Assembly (NCBI GenBank): GCA_965219455.1
Contig: OZ244744.1
Coordinates: 4,608,001 to 4,672,000, forward strand
Length of the DNA: 64,000 nucleotides
Direction: 5' to 3'
From: Candidatus Latescibacterota bacterium
Lineage (GTDB): Bacteria > Latescibacterota > UBA2968 > GCA-2709665
The position numbers were made by a program, and so were the translations under genes. Below are positions 9,359-19,640 of this stretch, piece after piece (within the stretch, counting starts at the first letter, position 1; every line of letters begins with the position of its first letter). The notes under the pieces are model-generated. The model saw only the letters and a list, made by a program, of their open reading frames with translations. It did not search any database and had not been told where the DNA came from.

Positions 9359-9428
9359 AATAACGTCCTGTAGCGGCTAGGCGCCGTAGGCAACCGTTTC
9401 GCGGTTCGCGCGCGGCGAGGACTTGCAC
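9358..9428 (+). repeat. Degenerate attC-like site
   Basis: GAATAAC, GTCCT/AGGAC stem, GGCAACCGTTTCGCGGTTCGC core. Confidence 0.55.
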
Positions 9429-9449
9429 AGATGATGACCGGCCAGTCCG

Positions 9450-10319
9450 GTGTCGGAGTGGATAGAAGAAATGACTGAACGAATCAACTGCGATGACTTC
9501 GCCGAGCAGTATTCAGCGATGGCGTCAGATATGGATGCTGGCGGAGATCTTGACCAACGCGATCAGGCAATTCGTACGGAAGCCGATGGACTGCTTGGGA
9601 CAAAAGGCTTGAGAGGTCTACTCAATGACTACGGTACTCCTCATGTCACGGGTAGTTACCCTTAATTCGACAAAAACAGCAACGCGGCGCCGCGACGAAA
9701 CCTTCCGAAACGGGCCGAAAAGGTCGTCCGGAAGGACATTTTTTCCGTTCACGTCCAGTGACCTGAAGTATCCTGGAAATCCGACGTCAAATCGCCTTTA
9801 TTCACTTGCGTATATTCGAATTAAAGTCCCCGAAAAATGTCGAATCAAGGTTACGCTCTGCACTTGATGACCTGGAGGGATCTCGATATCTATCTGGAAC
9901 AGCCAAATCTATCTGTCGAATCGTTCTTTCGTTTGGGAGGCAGGATCGCATCCTGCCTGGCTCCGGTAAGAATGAGTTTTCGCAATGAACGTATTAACCG
10001 GACACCAAACCTACCGTTGGGTCTTTATTGGGGTGTCTATCTCGGGGACGAAAGGAAAGGCGCCTGGAAGATTGATATCTGGGCCGTTGATTCTGAAGAA
10101 TGCGAGCGCCAGCTTCAGTTTAATCGACGACTTGCAGCGGCCCTGACACCTTCATTTCGTAGTAAGATTCTCAGCATCAAACAGGCCTGTTGGAAGGATC
10201 CTGGCTATCGGAAGACGTATACGAGTCAAGACATATACCGTGCGGTGATAGAACAAGGCATTGAGGATGTTGATGGCTTCAAAGACCTCATGGAGGGCAG
10301 GGGAGTGAGCGTCTGTTAA
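9450..10319 (+). pseudogene. Nucleotidyltransferase-like gene interrupted by a MITE
   Basis: Removing 9660-9854 restores the frame PHVTGSY-ALHLMTWRDLDIY (GS...DxD); later WKIDIW. Confidence 0.75.
9660..9850. mobile_element. 191-bp MITE with IS1380-like ends
   Basis: TIR CCTTAATTCGACA / CCTTGATTCGACA, 4-bp duplication TTAC (9656-9659, 9851-9854). Confidence 0.85.
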
Positions 10320-10389
10320 CACCATGGCGGCTGCGGGCTTTTCGGTTCTTCGCACAACCGATACGACGGCACATACTCATAGGTTCCGA
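10314..10389 (+). repeat. Degenerate attC-like site
   Basis: TGTTAAC overlapping stop codon, internal hairpins, ends GTTCCGA. Confidence 0.45.
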
Positions 10390-10439
10390 GAAAGTCACGC
10401 GTCACTTGCATTCCGATAATTCATCGCCTCAGGTTTTGC

Positions 10440-11399
10440 ATGACCGCGCCAAAACCTCTGCTTCCATACCAGGAATTCATCGAATATGAAATCTCGTTTT
10501 CGGTGGCGCAGGCTATTTGCTTAAAAGCCGGTATTCCAGAACCGAGGTCGATCCGTCGACTGAGGCGTGGTGAAGTGAATGCGATCTTTTTGCTGGAGTT
10601 GCCCGGTGTTGACTTGCTTGTTTTGAAGATTTGGGTCAGATGTTCAGACGATGAGGTGATGCGAAGCGAAGAAGGCGTTGTCAGAATTGTCCAGCGTGAA
10701 TCTTCGGTGCCTACGCCACCCTGGGTCTACGTCTCATCGGGTGACGCCCTTGTCCCTTATCCTCATGCGCTGATTGAGTACGTGGGCGGCGTCGATGTTG
10801 ACCAGATTTGGAGCGAGATAAACATCGAAGACAAAGAGAAGATTCTTGTTCAATGCGCGTGTCATTTACGGGCCCTCCACTCAATTCCTCTCGGGCCGCG
10901 TGCCGCCGCCATTCTCGGCGACCCAATAAGCGGATATGAGTGGCGGAAGTCTGAGGAGAACAGATTCCAACGGGCAATCGGGCGTCTCCGGAAGCAAGGC
11001 TGGCTTGGGAAAGGCACCCTTGATCGTTGCACCGTTCTATGGGCGGACCATGTCGATTCTCTGGGAGAAACGGAAGTTGACGCCATCGTGCACCATGACT
11101 TTCAGCTGCAGAATCTTCGTTTAGATCCGGGGACCCGGAATCTAATGGCGGTTTTGGATTTTGGAAATGCCGGGTGTGCACCGGCATTCACCGACTCGCG
11201 GGATCTTTATCTCAGCGTCTTCCTCAAAACACCAGAACTATCTGATTGCTTCTGGCGAACCTATGGAATGCTGGGTGCTGATCAAGAACTCGTCCTGAAA
11301 CTCCACTCCCTTGCAAGGGTGTTGGACATCCTCGCCGCATACCAGGGTCCGGCGCCGGCAGGCTGGGACCGAACAACCGTGCTGAAGCTCCTCGAATAG
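10440..11399 (+). CDS. APH-family phosphotransferase
   Basis: VLKIW, VHHDFQLQNL, LDFGNA. Confidence 0.85.
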   Translation: MTAPKPLLPYQEFIEYEISFSVAQAICLKAGIPEPRSIRRLRRGEVNAIFLLELPGVDLLVLKIWVRCSDDEVMRSEEGVVRIVQRESSVPTPPWVYVSSGDALVPYPHALIEYVGGVDVDQIWSEINIEDKEKILVQCACHLRALHSIPLGPRAAAILGDPISGYEWRKSEENRFQRAIGRLRKQGWLGKGTLDRCTVLWADHVDSLGETEVDAIVHHDFQLQNLRLDPGTRNLMAVLDFGNAGCAPAFTDSRDLYLSVFLKTPELSDCFWRTYGMLGADQELVLKLHSLARVLDILAAYQGPAPAGWDRTTVLKLLE

Positions 11400-11481
11400 A
11401 CGGCGGCCTGCAAACCACCGCCTTACACGACGGGCCGCGAAATTGGGTGCCGCAATTTCGCACACCGGCAAAACGTCACGC
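11400..11481 (+). repeat. Degenerate attC-like site
   Basis: GCGAAATTG/CAATTTCGC stem, ends CGCACACCGGCAAAAC-GTCACGC. Confidence 0.5.
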
Positions 11482-11484
11482 GAC

Positions 11485-12096
11485 ATGGTAATGGGACATC
11501 GACGAGTAAAACTCGCTTCTCCGAAGCACCGGATCGGTCGGCGGATCCATGTGGTTGGTAATAGTTGCTCTGGAAAGAGCACGCTGGGCAAACAGTTGGC
11601 GACTGCGCTTCAGGTCCCGCTTGTGGAGTTGGATGCACTCAATTGGCGACCCGGCTGGGTGGGGTTGAACGAAACAAACCCGAAGGAACTTGAGAGTCTC
11701 ATAGCGAAGGCGACTGATGGAGATGGATGGGTTGTCGCTGGTTCATATATGAGTTTTTCGCAACGTGTTTTTTGGCCGCGATTGGAGACGGTGGTTTGGC
11801 TGGATTTACCCATGTACCGGCTCGTCTGGCGCGTACTCTCGCGATCGTGGCGACGCTGGCGGTCAAAGGAACTGCTTTGGGGCACCAACTATGAGCGGTT
11901 TTGGCCCGCGCTGAAGATTTGGAACAAGGAAGACTCTCTCGTGTGGTGGATTGTTACGCAGCATGCGCGCAAACGTCGGAACATGCGAGCCTACATTTCA
12001 GAGCCCCGCTGGCAGCACATACAGTTCATGCGTCTTGGATCATCGGCCGAAGTTGCTGCATTTTCTCATGTAAATGGACTTAAGCCTTATACCTGA
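11485..12096 (+). CDS. Adenylate-kinase-like P-loop protein (FlaR/topology-modulation type)
   Basis: RIHVVGNSCSGKST, ELDALNW, WVVAGSY, VVWLDLP. Confidence 0.85.
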   Translation: MVMGHRRVKLASPKHRIGRRIHVVGNSCSGKSTLGKQLATALQVPLVELDALNWRPGWVGLNETNPKELESLIAKATDGDGWVVAGSYMSFSQRVFWPRLETVVWLDLPMYRLVWRVLSRSWRRWRSKELLWGTNYERFWPALKIWNKEDSLVWWIVTQHARKRRNMRAYISEPRWQHIQFMRLGSSAEVAAFSHVNGLKPYT

Positions 12097-12181
12097 TTCT
12101 CGTGTGCAGTGTCCCTCTGAGTGAGCAGAAGCGTCGAAGGGAAACCCCGGCAATGCCTGAGCGGAAGTCACATCCCACAGC

Positions 12182-12345
12182 CTATAACAGCACGGTCTAG
12201 GCTGCGGTCGCGGAGCCTGTCCTGAACTCGCCGAACGGCGTAATGGCCCTCGGCAACCCCTCGAAACGCTTCGACGCTCTTCTATAGGCTCAGAGTTAGG
12301 GCTCAGCGGCCGAGCTCGGCGTTCGCGAAACGGGTACAGTTTATG
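12182..12345 (+). repeat. Expanded attC-like site with REP-like inserts
   Basis: R'' CTATAAC; CCTGAACTCGCCGAA; GGCAACCC; GGGCTCAGCGGCCGAGCTCG shared with 56583. Confidence 0.6.
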
Positions 12346-12437
12346 CAAAACTGGCGCACGGCCAAACCACTCCATCCTGGAATTTTCCAAAGTGAGTTGG
12401 CACACATCTTCGGTACAGGCGATATCTGGGCTTGACG

Positions 12438-13061
12438 ATGATCAATCCTTGGCTGAATGTTCCCGTCGCTGATTATAAGATGCACATGGATCATGAGTCG
12501 GTTCGCCAGGGCGAGATGATTCGGAAGCATCTTAATGATTGCCTGATACGGTTTGACCCGAAATCCCTCATGTATTTGGGTGCTGGTATAGGTAACGGTT
12601 TGGAGGGCGCTCAAGCTTCCGGGTTAAGCGATATTCTGGCCGTGGACGTTAATCCTGAGTATCTGGCAATCCTTCGCAAAAGCTATAAGATGCTTACAGC
12701 ATTGCGAACAGAACAATGCAGTTTTCCAGAAGGCTTCAGTGACCCAGGCTGTTTTAATCTGGCTTACGGCGCGTTGTTTTTTGAGTACGTGGATTTGGAG
12801 TCATCGCTGGCAGCTATTGCCGCGCATCTCACCCCAGAGGGTCACCTGGTAGCACTCCTACAGCAGCAATCGGAACAGGGACGAATGGCGAGGTCCGGGG
12901 TGGCTTCTCTTGAAGCGATCCTGCCAATCATGTCGCTTCACACTCCATCTACATTCACGGATATAGCAGACCAGGCTGGTGTGTTCAGGCACGTTTCAAC
13001 GATGCATATTGTGAGCCCCTGTGGAAAGCCGTTCTGTGAAATCACACTTCAAACGGCCTAG
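12438..13061 (+). CDS. Class I SAM-dependent methyltransferase
   Basis: YLGAGIGNG, AVDVNPEYL, ALFFEYVD. Confidence 0.8.
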   Translation: MINPWLNVPVADYKMHMDHESVRQGEMIRKHLNDCLIRFDPKSLMYLGAGIGNGLEGAQASGLSDILAVDVNPEYLAILRKSYKMLTALRTEQCSFPEGFSDPGCFNLAYGALFFEYVDLESSLAAIAAHLTPEGHLVALLQQQSEQGRMARSGVASLEAILPIMSLHTPSTFTDIADQAGVFRHVSTMHIVSPCGKPFCEITLQTA

Positions 13062-14603
13062 GAGCCTGTCGGAATACGTATGGATAAGGGTTTGAATACA
13101 GTGTCGACAGGAGGAATGAGAGGTGGATGGAGCGCGACGACGAGTTACGGCCTCGTCCTATGCGGGACTGGGAAGCCAGTCATGCCGATAGAGCTTCAGG
13201 AGGTTGTGGGTGATGCAGATGAGGGTCCATTCTGCGGTGACTTTTTTGATGCCTCTGAAGGTGAAGCGGTCGAAGCCTCGAAGTTGCTTGATCTGTCCAA
13301 ACACGGGTTCCACGATGTGCTTTCGTTTTGCGTAGGTGCATCGCCCTTTGATGGTGCGTAACTTTCTGGCCATTCTCTCTTTGGGCGTTGCGTTTTTGGG
13401 GATGCGGCCGCGTGGGGGCTTGGGATCCGGGTCTGTGTGTTTGTGTTTTTGGGTGGCAATGTAAGCATCGATGCCTTTGGGTAGCTTCTGTATCTCGTGT
13501 TGGTTGTAGTATCCTGAATCCGCGGTTAGGCGTTTTGGATTCTGGCCCGTATGGGTCTTGATCCGCTTGACCATGGATACCGTCTGATTTTTGTCGTTGG
13601 CGTCCTGGGTAACGTCGGCCGCCAGGATGATCTGCGCCTTCTCATCAACGGCAGCCTGACAGTTGTAGGCTTGCAGGAAGGTGCCGCCCGAAAGCATAAT
13701 CCGTGAGTCCGGGTCGGTGAAATTGCGCTGTTTTTTGGCATCCGGTTCTTTGGAAGGGGGTCTTGGCTTCCTCCCGGGGCGTTTGCGTTTCTCGCGCTTT
13801 TTCAATTTTTCTTCATAGGCCGCCTGTTTGGTGGCATACTCCGCTTGTGCGTCGGCTTCCAGTTCGGCCATCGCCTCGCGGATCTTTGCCAGACGCCCTT
13901 TCCCGAACGCCCAGCCTTCGGCGGGCTCGTCGCCGCGCTTGCCCTTGCCATAAAGCGCATCTTCGGCAGCGTCCGTCGCTTCGGCCTGCGCCAGAAGACG
14001 CTTGACCTCGACCTCGAGTTCTGACGCCTTCTTCTTCATGCGGCCATAGCTCATCGCTTTGTGCTTCGAGGCGTTCGCCTTGACTTTCGTGCCATCCAGC
14101 GCCACGTGTCCCAGTTTGACCAGACCGCCCTTCTGGCAAAGCCCGAGTACCTGAGTGAACATACCGGACAGCGCCTTGAGATGACGCTCTCGAAACGCCG
14201 CGATCGTATCGTGATCCGGATGCTGATCCAAACTCAACACGCGGAACGCCACAGAGTCATACGTGGCATGCTCGATCTTCCGCGAACTCGTGATGCCTTC
14301 ACAATAGGCATACAACAGTAGGCCTACCATCATTCTCGGATCGTACGGCGGTTGGCCACCCTTCGACCCATCATACGACCCATAGATCGACGACAAATCC
14401 AGTTGCCCGACGATGTCTAAAATGAAATACGCCTTGTGCTGGTTCGGAAGCCAGTCCCGTAGATCCGCAGGCAACAGCATCATTTGCTCTGGATGGTATT
14501 CGCGAAAACGCGTGGGAGTGTCCATCACAACCTCTAGTTTAGGGTCCTTGCCGACACTCCTATTATACGAAACTTTTACCCTGTTGGGTACTCCGACAGG
14601 CTC
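13062..14603 (-). mobile_element. IS1182-family insertion sequence A
   Basis: TIR GAGCCTGTCGGA(A/G)TA at both ends, flanked by CTAG (13058-61, 14604-07). Confidence 0.92.
13158..14528 (-). CDS. IS1182-family DDE transposase
   Basis: PPYDPRMM, SSRKIE, PDHDTI, LDGTKVKANAS, NFTDPDSRIM, ADSGY, VEPVFGQIK. Confidence 0.95.
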   Translation of the reverse strand: MMDTPTRFREYHPEQMMLLPADLRDWLPNQHKAYFILDIVGQLDLSSIYGSYDGSKGGQPPYDPRMMVGLLLYAYCEGITSSRKIEHATYDSVAFRVLSLDQHPDHDTIAAFRERHLKALSGMFTQVLGLCQKGGLVKLGHVALDGTKVKANASKHKAMSYGRMKKKASELEVEVKRLLAQAEATDAAEDALYGKGKRGDEPAEGWAFGKGRLAKIREAMAELEADAQAEYATKQAAYEEKLKKREKRKRPGRKPRPPSKEPDAKKQRNFTDPDSRIMLSGGTFLQAYNCQAAVDEKAQIILAADVTQDANDKNQTVSMVKRIKTHTGQNPKRLTADSGYYNQHEIQKLPKGIDAYIATQKHKHTDPDPKPPRGRIPKNATPKERMARKLRTIKGRCTYAKRKHIVEPVFGQIKQLRGFDRFTFRGIKKVTAEWTLICITHNLLKLYRHDWLPSPA

Positions 14604-14607
14604 CTAG

Positions 14608-16241
14608 GAGTCTGCGCCGCAGAAAAATTCATTTCAATGGACAGGTAATGGTAGGTATAATGGGTCGTGCAGTTGAGAAATGTCAAGCAGTAAAGAGGTT
14701 GTGAGTTGTGTCAACGGAGGAAGCTATCGATGCCGACGACCTTTCGTGCGTATCACCCGGACCAGATATTGCTGTTGGCGCCTGATCTTCGGGAGTGGGT
14801 GCCTGAAGGTCATCTGTCGCATCAGGTGAGCGATCTGGTGGATTCACTGGATCTGGGGTCGTTCTACGCGCCCTATGAAGGCGATGGGCGTCGCAACGCG
14901 CCTTATGAGCCATCGATGATGTTGAAGGTATTGATATATGGGTACGCGACGGGTGTGCATTCGTCTCGTGCGATCGCTCGGAAGCTGGAGGAGGACGTGG
15001 CGTTTCGTATGTTGGCGGCAGGCAATTTTCCACAACACCGGACGATCTGCGAGTTTCGCCGTCGTCACCTAAAAGATTTCGGGCGTTTGTTCGTGGAGGT
15101 GGTTGGTGTGGCGCGGGAGATGGGTCTGGTACGTTTCGGGACGCTCTCTTTAGACGGCACGAAGGTACGAGCGAAGGCGAGCAAGCGTAAGGCCATGAGT
15201 TACGAGCGGATGTTGAAGGAACAGGCTCGTCTGGAGAAAGAGATCGAGGCGTTGCTTTCGGGGGCTGTGTCGATTGATGCCGAGGAGGACGCGCGTTACG
15301 GCGCGGATGTTCGTGGCGACGAGTTGCCGGTCGAGTTGCAGCGCAGGCAGGTTCGTCTGGCGGCGATCAGGGCGGCTCGGGAGCGTCTAAAAGCATCGCA
15401 ACGAGCCGTCGACGATGCGCGCGGGCGCAAACCCGGACAGAAGCGCAACCCGAAGGGCGGGCGGCCGTACAAAAGAGCTTATGGCGAGCCCGACCCGAAG
15501 GCTCAGAGCAACTTCACGGACCCCGAGTCACGGATCATGAAGACGAGCGCGGAGGGTTTCCAGCAGTGCTACAACGCGCAGACGGTGGTGGACGCCGAGC
15601 GTCAGATCATCGTGGCTGCGCATCTGGGGTCAGCGGCCACCGATCAGGGCTTTATGCTCCCTTTGCTGGATGGGGTGCAAGAGACATTCGGGGTCAAGCC
15701 CGGTGCGGTTCTGGCGGACGCGGGCTACTGCAACGAGGAGGACTTGGCCACGCTTGAGGAACGTGGCATCGATGGTTACGTGGCGCTGGGGCGGGAGGCC
15801 AAGGAAAGGGTGGACGTCGATTCGGAGACGCTTCCGGCGACGCATCGCATGGGCGAAAAACTGGCCAGCCCGGAAGGTCGGGGCCTGTATGCGAAGCGCA
15901 AGTGGCTCTCGGAGGCGCCCAACGGATGGATCAAGGAGATATTGGGCTTCCGACGCTTCAGCTTCCGGGGTCTGGAAAAGGTGCGTGCCGAGTGGGACCT
16001 GGTCTGCCTGGCGTTGAACGCCAAGCGGATGGCAGCGTTGACGATGTGTTGAGGCATGAGTTAGGGCGTCCTGTGCTTGTGGACTCCACATACGGGAAGC
16101 CACGATCCCTAATACCTCGCCCTCAACACGACTGCCTGCCACGATGACCGCGCTCGAAACTCATCATACCATTCCCAACATAACGCCGAACCCGACACCG
16201 ACACCTATCGCCCTTTGTAAAAACTCCTGCGGCGCAGACTC
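14608..16241 (+). mobile_element. IS1182-family insertion sequence B
   Basis: Perfect 15-bp TIR GAGTCTGCGCCGCAG, flanked by CTAG (14604-07, 16242-45). Confidence 0.92.
14730..16052 (+). CDS. IS1182-family DDE transposase
   Basis: APYEPSMM, SSRAIA, PQHRTI, LDGTKV, NFTDPESRIM, LADAGY. Confidence 0.95.
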   Translation: MPTTFRAYHPDQILLLAPDLREWVPEGHLSHQVSDLVDSLDLGSFYAPYEGDGRRNAPYEPSMMLKVLIYGYATGVHSSRAIARKLEEDVAFRMLAAGNFPQHRTICEFRRRHLKDFGRLFVEVVGVAREMGLVRFGTLSLDGTKVRAKASKRKAMSYERMLKEQARLEKEIEALLSGAVSIDAEEDARYGADVRGDELPVELQRRQVRLAAIRAARERLKASQRAVDDARGRKPGQKRNPKGGRPYKRAYGEPDPKAQSNFTDPESRIMKTSAEGFQQCYNAQTVVDAERQIIVAAHLGSAATDQGFMLPLLDGVQETFGVKPGAVLADAGYCNEEDLATLEERGIDGYVALGREAKERVDVDSETLPATHRMGEKLASPEGRGLYAKRKWLSEAPNGWIKEILGFRRFSFRGLEKVRAEWDLVCLALNAKRMAALTMC

Positions 16242-16444
16242 CTAGGATCCTGTTCGAATTCGCTTTATTTTCCTGTCCTATAAAGCAGCGAACGCGTCCA
16301 CGCGATCGATCACACAGACGGGTCCAGACGACGTGACGACAACGGATGTCGTTTCGATAAGAATATTCGAGAACTTCCGGCCTGCCTGCTTGCAATTCGT
16401 GAGGATGATGTGCGTCAGTGCAGTGCCTGGGTAGGGAAAACCAG

Positions 16445-17278
16445 ATGATGAAGACGTTGGCGAACAGAGTAGCCGTCGTGACTGGAGCTAGTCGAGGCGG
16501 GGGGAAGGGGATTGCCACTGCGCTCGGCGAGGCCGGCGCGACTGTTTACGTGACGGGACGCAGCATTCGCGGGAACCAGACCACAGACATCCCCAGCGAA
16601 ACCATAGAAGATACGGTCGAAACGGTGGGTGAACGAGGGGGTGTGGGGATTCCTGTCCAGGTAGATCACTCGCAGGATGAGCAAGTTGAAGAACTCTTCG
16701 GTCGAGTAAAGAGAGAACAAGGACGGCTGGATGTGCTTGTGAATAACGCCTGGGGCGGCTACGAGATGGACGACGGATTCTGGGGGCGAAAACGGTTCTG
16801 GGAACTCCCAATGCGACAGTGGGAACTCATGCACGGAGCCGGGTTGAGGTCCCATATGACCGGCGCACGGGGCGCTATTCCGATCATGCTGGAACAGGGG
16901 CACGGTCTGATCGTCAACACCACCTCTGGGCTCACTCCAGACAGCAAATTCCACCCTAATCTGTTCTATGACACCTTTAAGGCCGCGATATATCGAATGA
17001 CAAAAGGAATGGCACGGGAATGCCGGGAGAACGGTATAGCAGTCATCCTGCTGTCGCTTGGCGACGAGCACCTCTACATGCGAACGTGGGAACCGGACGC
17101 GAACACCAAACCTGAAGATCTGGAGAATACTTTTACACCAGTGTACTCGGGCCGGGCGATCGCAGCCTTGGCCGGTGATCCCGAGGTTATGTGCAAGGCC
17201 GAAACGAGACCATATCTTGAGATCCCCGATTTGGCACGAGAATACGGATTTAGAGACGTCGATGGACGACAGCCCTGA
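16445..17278 (+). CDS. Short-chain dehydrogenase/reductase (DHRS1-like)
   Basis: TGASRGGG, LVNNAWGG, YDTFK. Confidence 0.9.
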   Translation: MMKTLANRVAVVTGASRGGGKGIATALGEAGATVYVTGRSIRGNQTTDIPSETIEDTVETVGERGGVGIPVQVDHSQDEQVEELFGRVKREQGRLDVLVNNAWGGYEMDDGFWGRKRFWELPMRQWELMHGAGLRSHMTGARGAIPIMLEQGHGLIVNTTSGLTPDSKFHPNLFYDTFKAAIYRMTKGMARECRENGIAVILLSLGDEHLYMRTWEPDANTKPEDLENTFTPVYSGRAIAALAGDPEVMCKAETRPYLEIPDLAREYGFRDVDGRQP

Positions 17279-17413
17279 CGATTCACTTCGGGAGAGTTGC
17301 ACCAACGCAGAAAGGTCCACCTGCGCTCTATTCGCGGCGTTTATCCTGTTCTTGCCAAAGGGCTACCTTCTTCCTGATTACAGAAATGTAAGTAGAAAGA
17401 GGGAGAAACAGGC

Positions 17414-18123
17414 ATGTGCATCCAGAACGATGTTCCCGAAATGGTGCTGATACCATCCGGGGAATTTCTGATGGGCGCTGTAAATGACGATGATATGGGC
17501 TTCACCGGGGCCTCCCGTGAAGAGAAGCCCCAGCACATGGTCGATCTGGAAGCATACACGATCGATACCCATCTGGTTTCTGTAGAGCGGTATCACAGAT
17601 TCATACAGGCAGTGGACTATCGCCCTGAGAGTTGGCAGGACAACTGGCTGAATGCCCCCTTGCAGCCTGTAAGGAGTATATCATTGTCAGATGTTCTTGA
17701 ATATTGTGATTGGGCGGGAAGAAGGCTGCCCACGGAGGCTGAATGGGAGAAGGCAGCCCGAGGAGGGCTGGTCAACATGCCGTATCCGTGGGGTGACGAT
17801 GCATTTGATGGATCGCAAGCGGCAGATCGCAAGAAAGAAGAAGGCCCTCCGGACGTCGGCATGTTTCCACCAAACGGGTATGGTCTTTACGACGTGGTTG
17901 GCTCCTTGTGGCAATGGTGCAGAGACGACAGGCGACTTTATACCAATGACCGCAGACACCGTCCCGTGGGCCCCCTGGGAGGCGAAACGCGTTCGGCGCG
18001 GGGAGGCCGGACTGGTATTCCAGCCCGTTTCATAAGAGATGCTCCAGGCGGGGGAGTGTGCGTTTGGCAGGTGGGTCGGGCAATCTGGGATTCCGATGTG
18101 TTCGCGACGATCTCAAGGACTGA
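17414..18123 (+). pseudogene. Formylglycine-generating enzyme (SUMF1/EgtB) family, frameshifted
   Basis: FLMG, RLPTEAEWEKAARGG, PNGYGLYD; the C-terminus DWYSS...NLGFRCVRD is in a shifted frame after ~18009. Confidence 0.8.
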
Positions 18124-18289
18124 TTGGGCGGCGTTGACGACGTGTCTTTTCGACTTCGGCAAGGAAGCGCTGCAGCAGACTTTATTGCTTGGCTGGAATA
18201 GGAGACGTGGCTATCATATTCCGAGCGTTCACCAGTTTAGCCTCAAATGAGGCACGCTCCCATTCCGCCTCGTTTGTCATCCCAGCCCG

Positions 18290-18319
18290 TTGACCCGCTC
18301 GGGCGTCCCGTTGTATGAT
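18290..18319 (+). promoter_or_regulatory. Candidate sigma70 promoter
   Basis: TTGACC-18 nt-TATGAT upstream of the DUF362 gene. Confidence 0.45.
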
Positions 18320-18362
18320 GGGTCCACACCAGAACCGCCGTTTACGCGAGGAGAGCATAGAG

Positions 18363-19571
18363 ATGAACCATGAATTCAGCGTTCGTGCAGTCCATTGCGA
18401 TCACCGGGCCTCCGATGAGGAGGTCTACGAGAACCTCGTTCGAGCCACCGCCCCCCTTGAGCGCTCCTGGGAGAAGCTGCGGAAGGCGGGCCGCATCGCT
18501 CTCAAGTTCAACATGGGGCATACGAATGTGATTCATTTCGAGGGCCGCCGTCGAGAGCTTGTCGACGACGCTGTCTGCCGCGCCGTCCTTCGGCTCCTGC
18601 GCGAGCGGACTTCATCCACACTTGTCGCAGCCGACACATTCTGCCGGGCCGCGACCGGGGCCGCGACGGACTACTTCAACTACCTTCCGCTGCTCGAGGA
18701 ATTCGACGTCGAGTATGCGGAGTCAAACCTGCCCCCCTTCGCCGAGTACGACGTGCCGGGAGGCGGCTGCATGTTCCAGCGCTACACGCTCAGCCGCTGC
18801 TTCAGCGAAGCAGATGAGGTCGTCTCCGTCGCCAAGATGAAGAACCACCTCTTCATGGGCGTCACGCTTTGCACAAAGAACCTGTTTGGCCTCACGCCCA
18901 CGATCCCGCCGGAGGGACGCGTGCGCACCTATTTCCACCACGCAATCCGGCTGTCCTACGTGCTCCCCGATCTGGCGCGTATTACCAACCCGTGCCTCAA
19001 TATCGTCGACGCCACGACAGGTCAATGGGGTCGTGAGTGGGACGGCGAGGGCCGCCTGTGCAACGCCCTCATCGCTGGCGACCAGATTATAGCCACCGAT
19101 GCCGTCGGCGCCCACCTGATGGGGCACGATCCCGCGTCAGATTGGCCCACGCCACCATTCCGTCGCGACCGCAACCATCTGCTCGTCGCCGCGCAGAGCG
19201 GATTCGGAACGGTCAATCTCGACGAAATTGACTTCAAGAGCGAGGTCGAGGGTCCGTTGAACGAATTCGACTCTGTCGAGGAAGATCCGCCTGCTATCAT
19301 GGCCACGGTAAGGGAAACGGCTTGCGAGCAGGGACTCTTCTATCGCGATCGTATGCAGGCGATGATCGAGGAACACGGAGGGAACTTCGTCTATCTGCAA
19401 GACGGCGAGGTCAAGTGGAGCGGCGAGAACCCGGCGCACATCAGGAGCCATCGCGAGTTTACCGGAAAGAAACCCGGCAGCGCGTTGTTCCTCAAGAAGG
19501 TCGATCCCGAGGAACGCGAAGGAGAGCGCTTTGAAGCCTATGAGGATTGCCTCAGGCGCATTCGCGCCTGA
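18363..19571 (+). CDS. DUF362 domain protein
   Basis: ALKFN, VVSVAKMKNH, GVTLCTKNLFG, LNIVDA, ATDAVG. Confidence 0.85.
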   Translation: MNHEFSVRAVHCDHRASDEEVYENLVRATAPLERSWEKLRKAGRIALKFNMGHTNVIHFEGRRRELVDDAVCRAVLRLLRERTSSTLVAADTFCRAATGAATDYFNYLPLLEEFDVEYAESNLPPFAEYDVPGGGCMFQRYTLSRCFSEADEVVSVAKMKNHLFMGVTLCTKNLFGLTPTIPPEGRVRTYFHHAIRLSYVLPDLARITNPCLNIVDATTGQWGREWDGEGRLCNALIAGDQIIATDAVGAHLMGHDPASDWPTPPFRRDRNHLLVAAQSGFGTVNLDEIDFKSEVEGPLNEFDSVEEDPPAIMATVRETACEQGLFYRDRMQAMIEEHGGNFVYLQDGEVKWSGENPAHIRSHREFTGKKPGSALFLKKVDPEEREGERFEAYEDCLRRIRA

Positions 19572-19640
19572 GTCTCCCTCATCCATTTCCTATCAAGGTG
19601 CTTTCGACACATTATCCTGAGCATAGGAGGACCAATTGGG

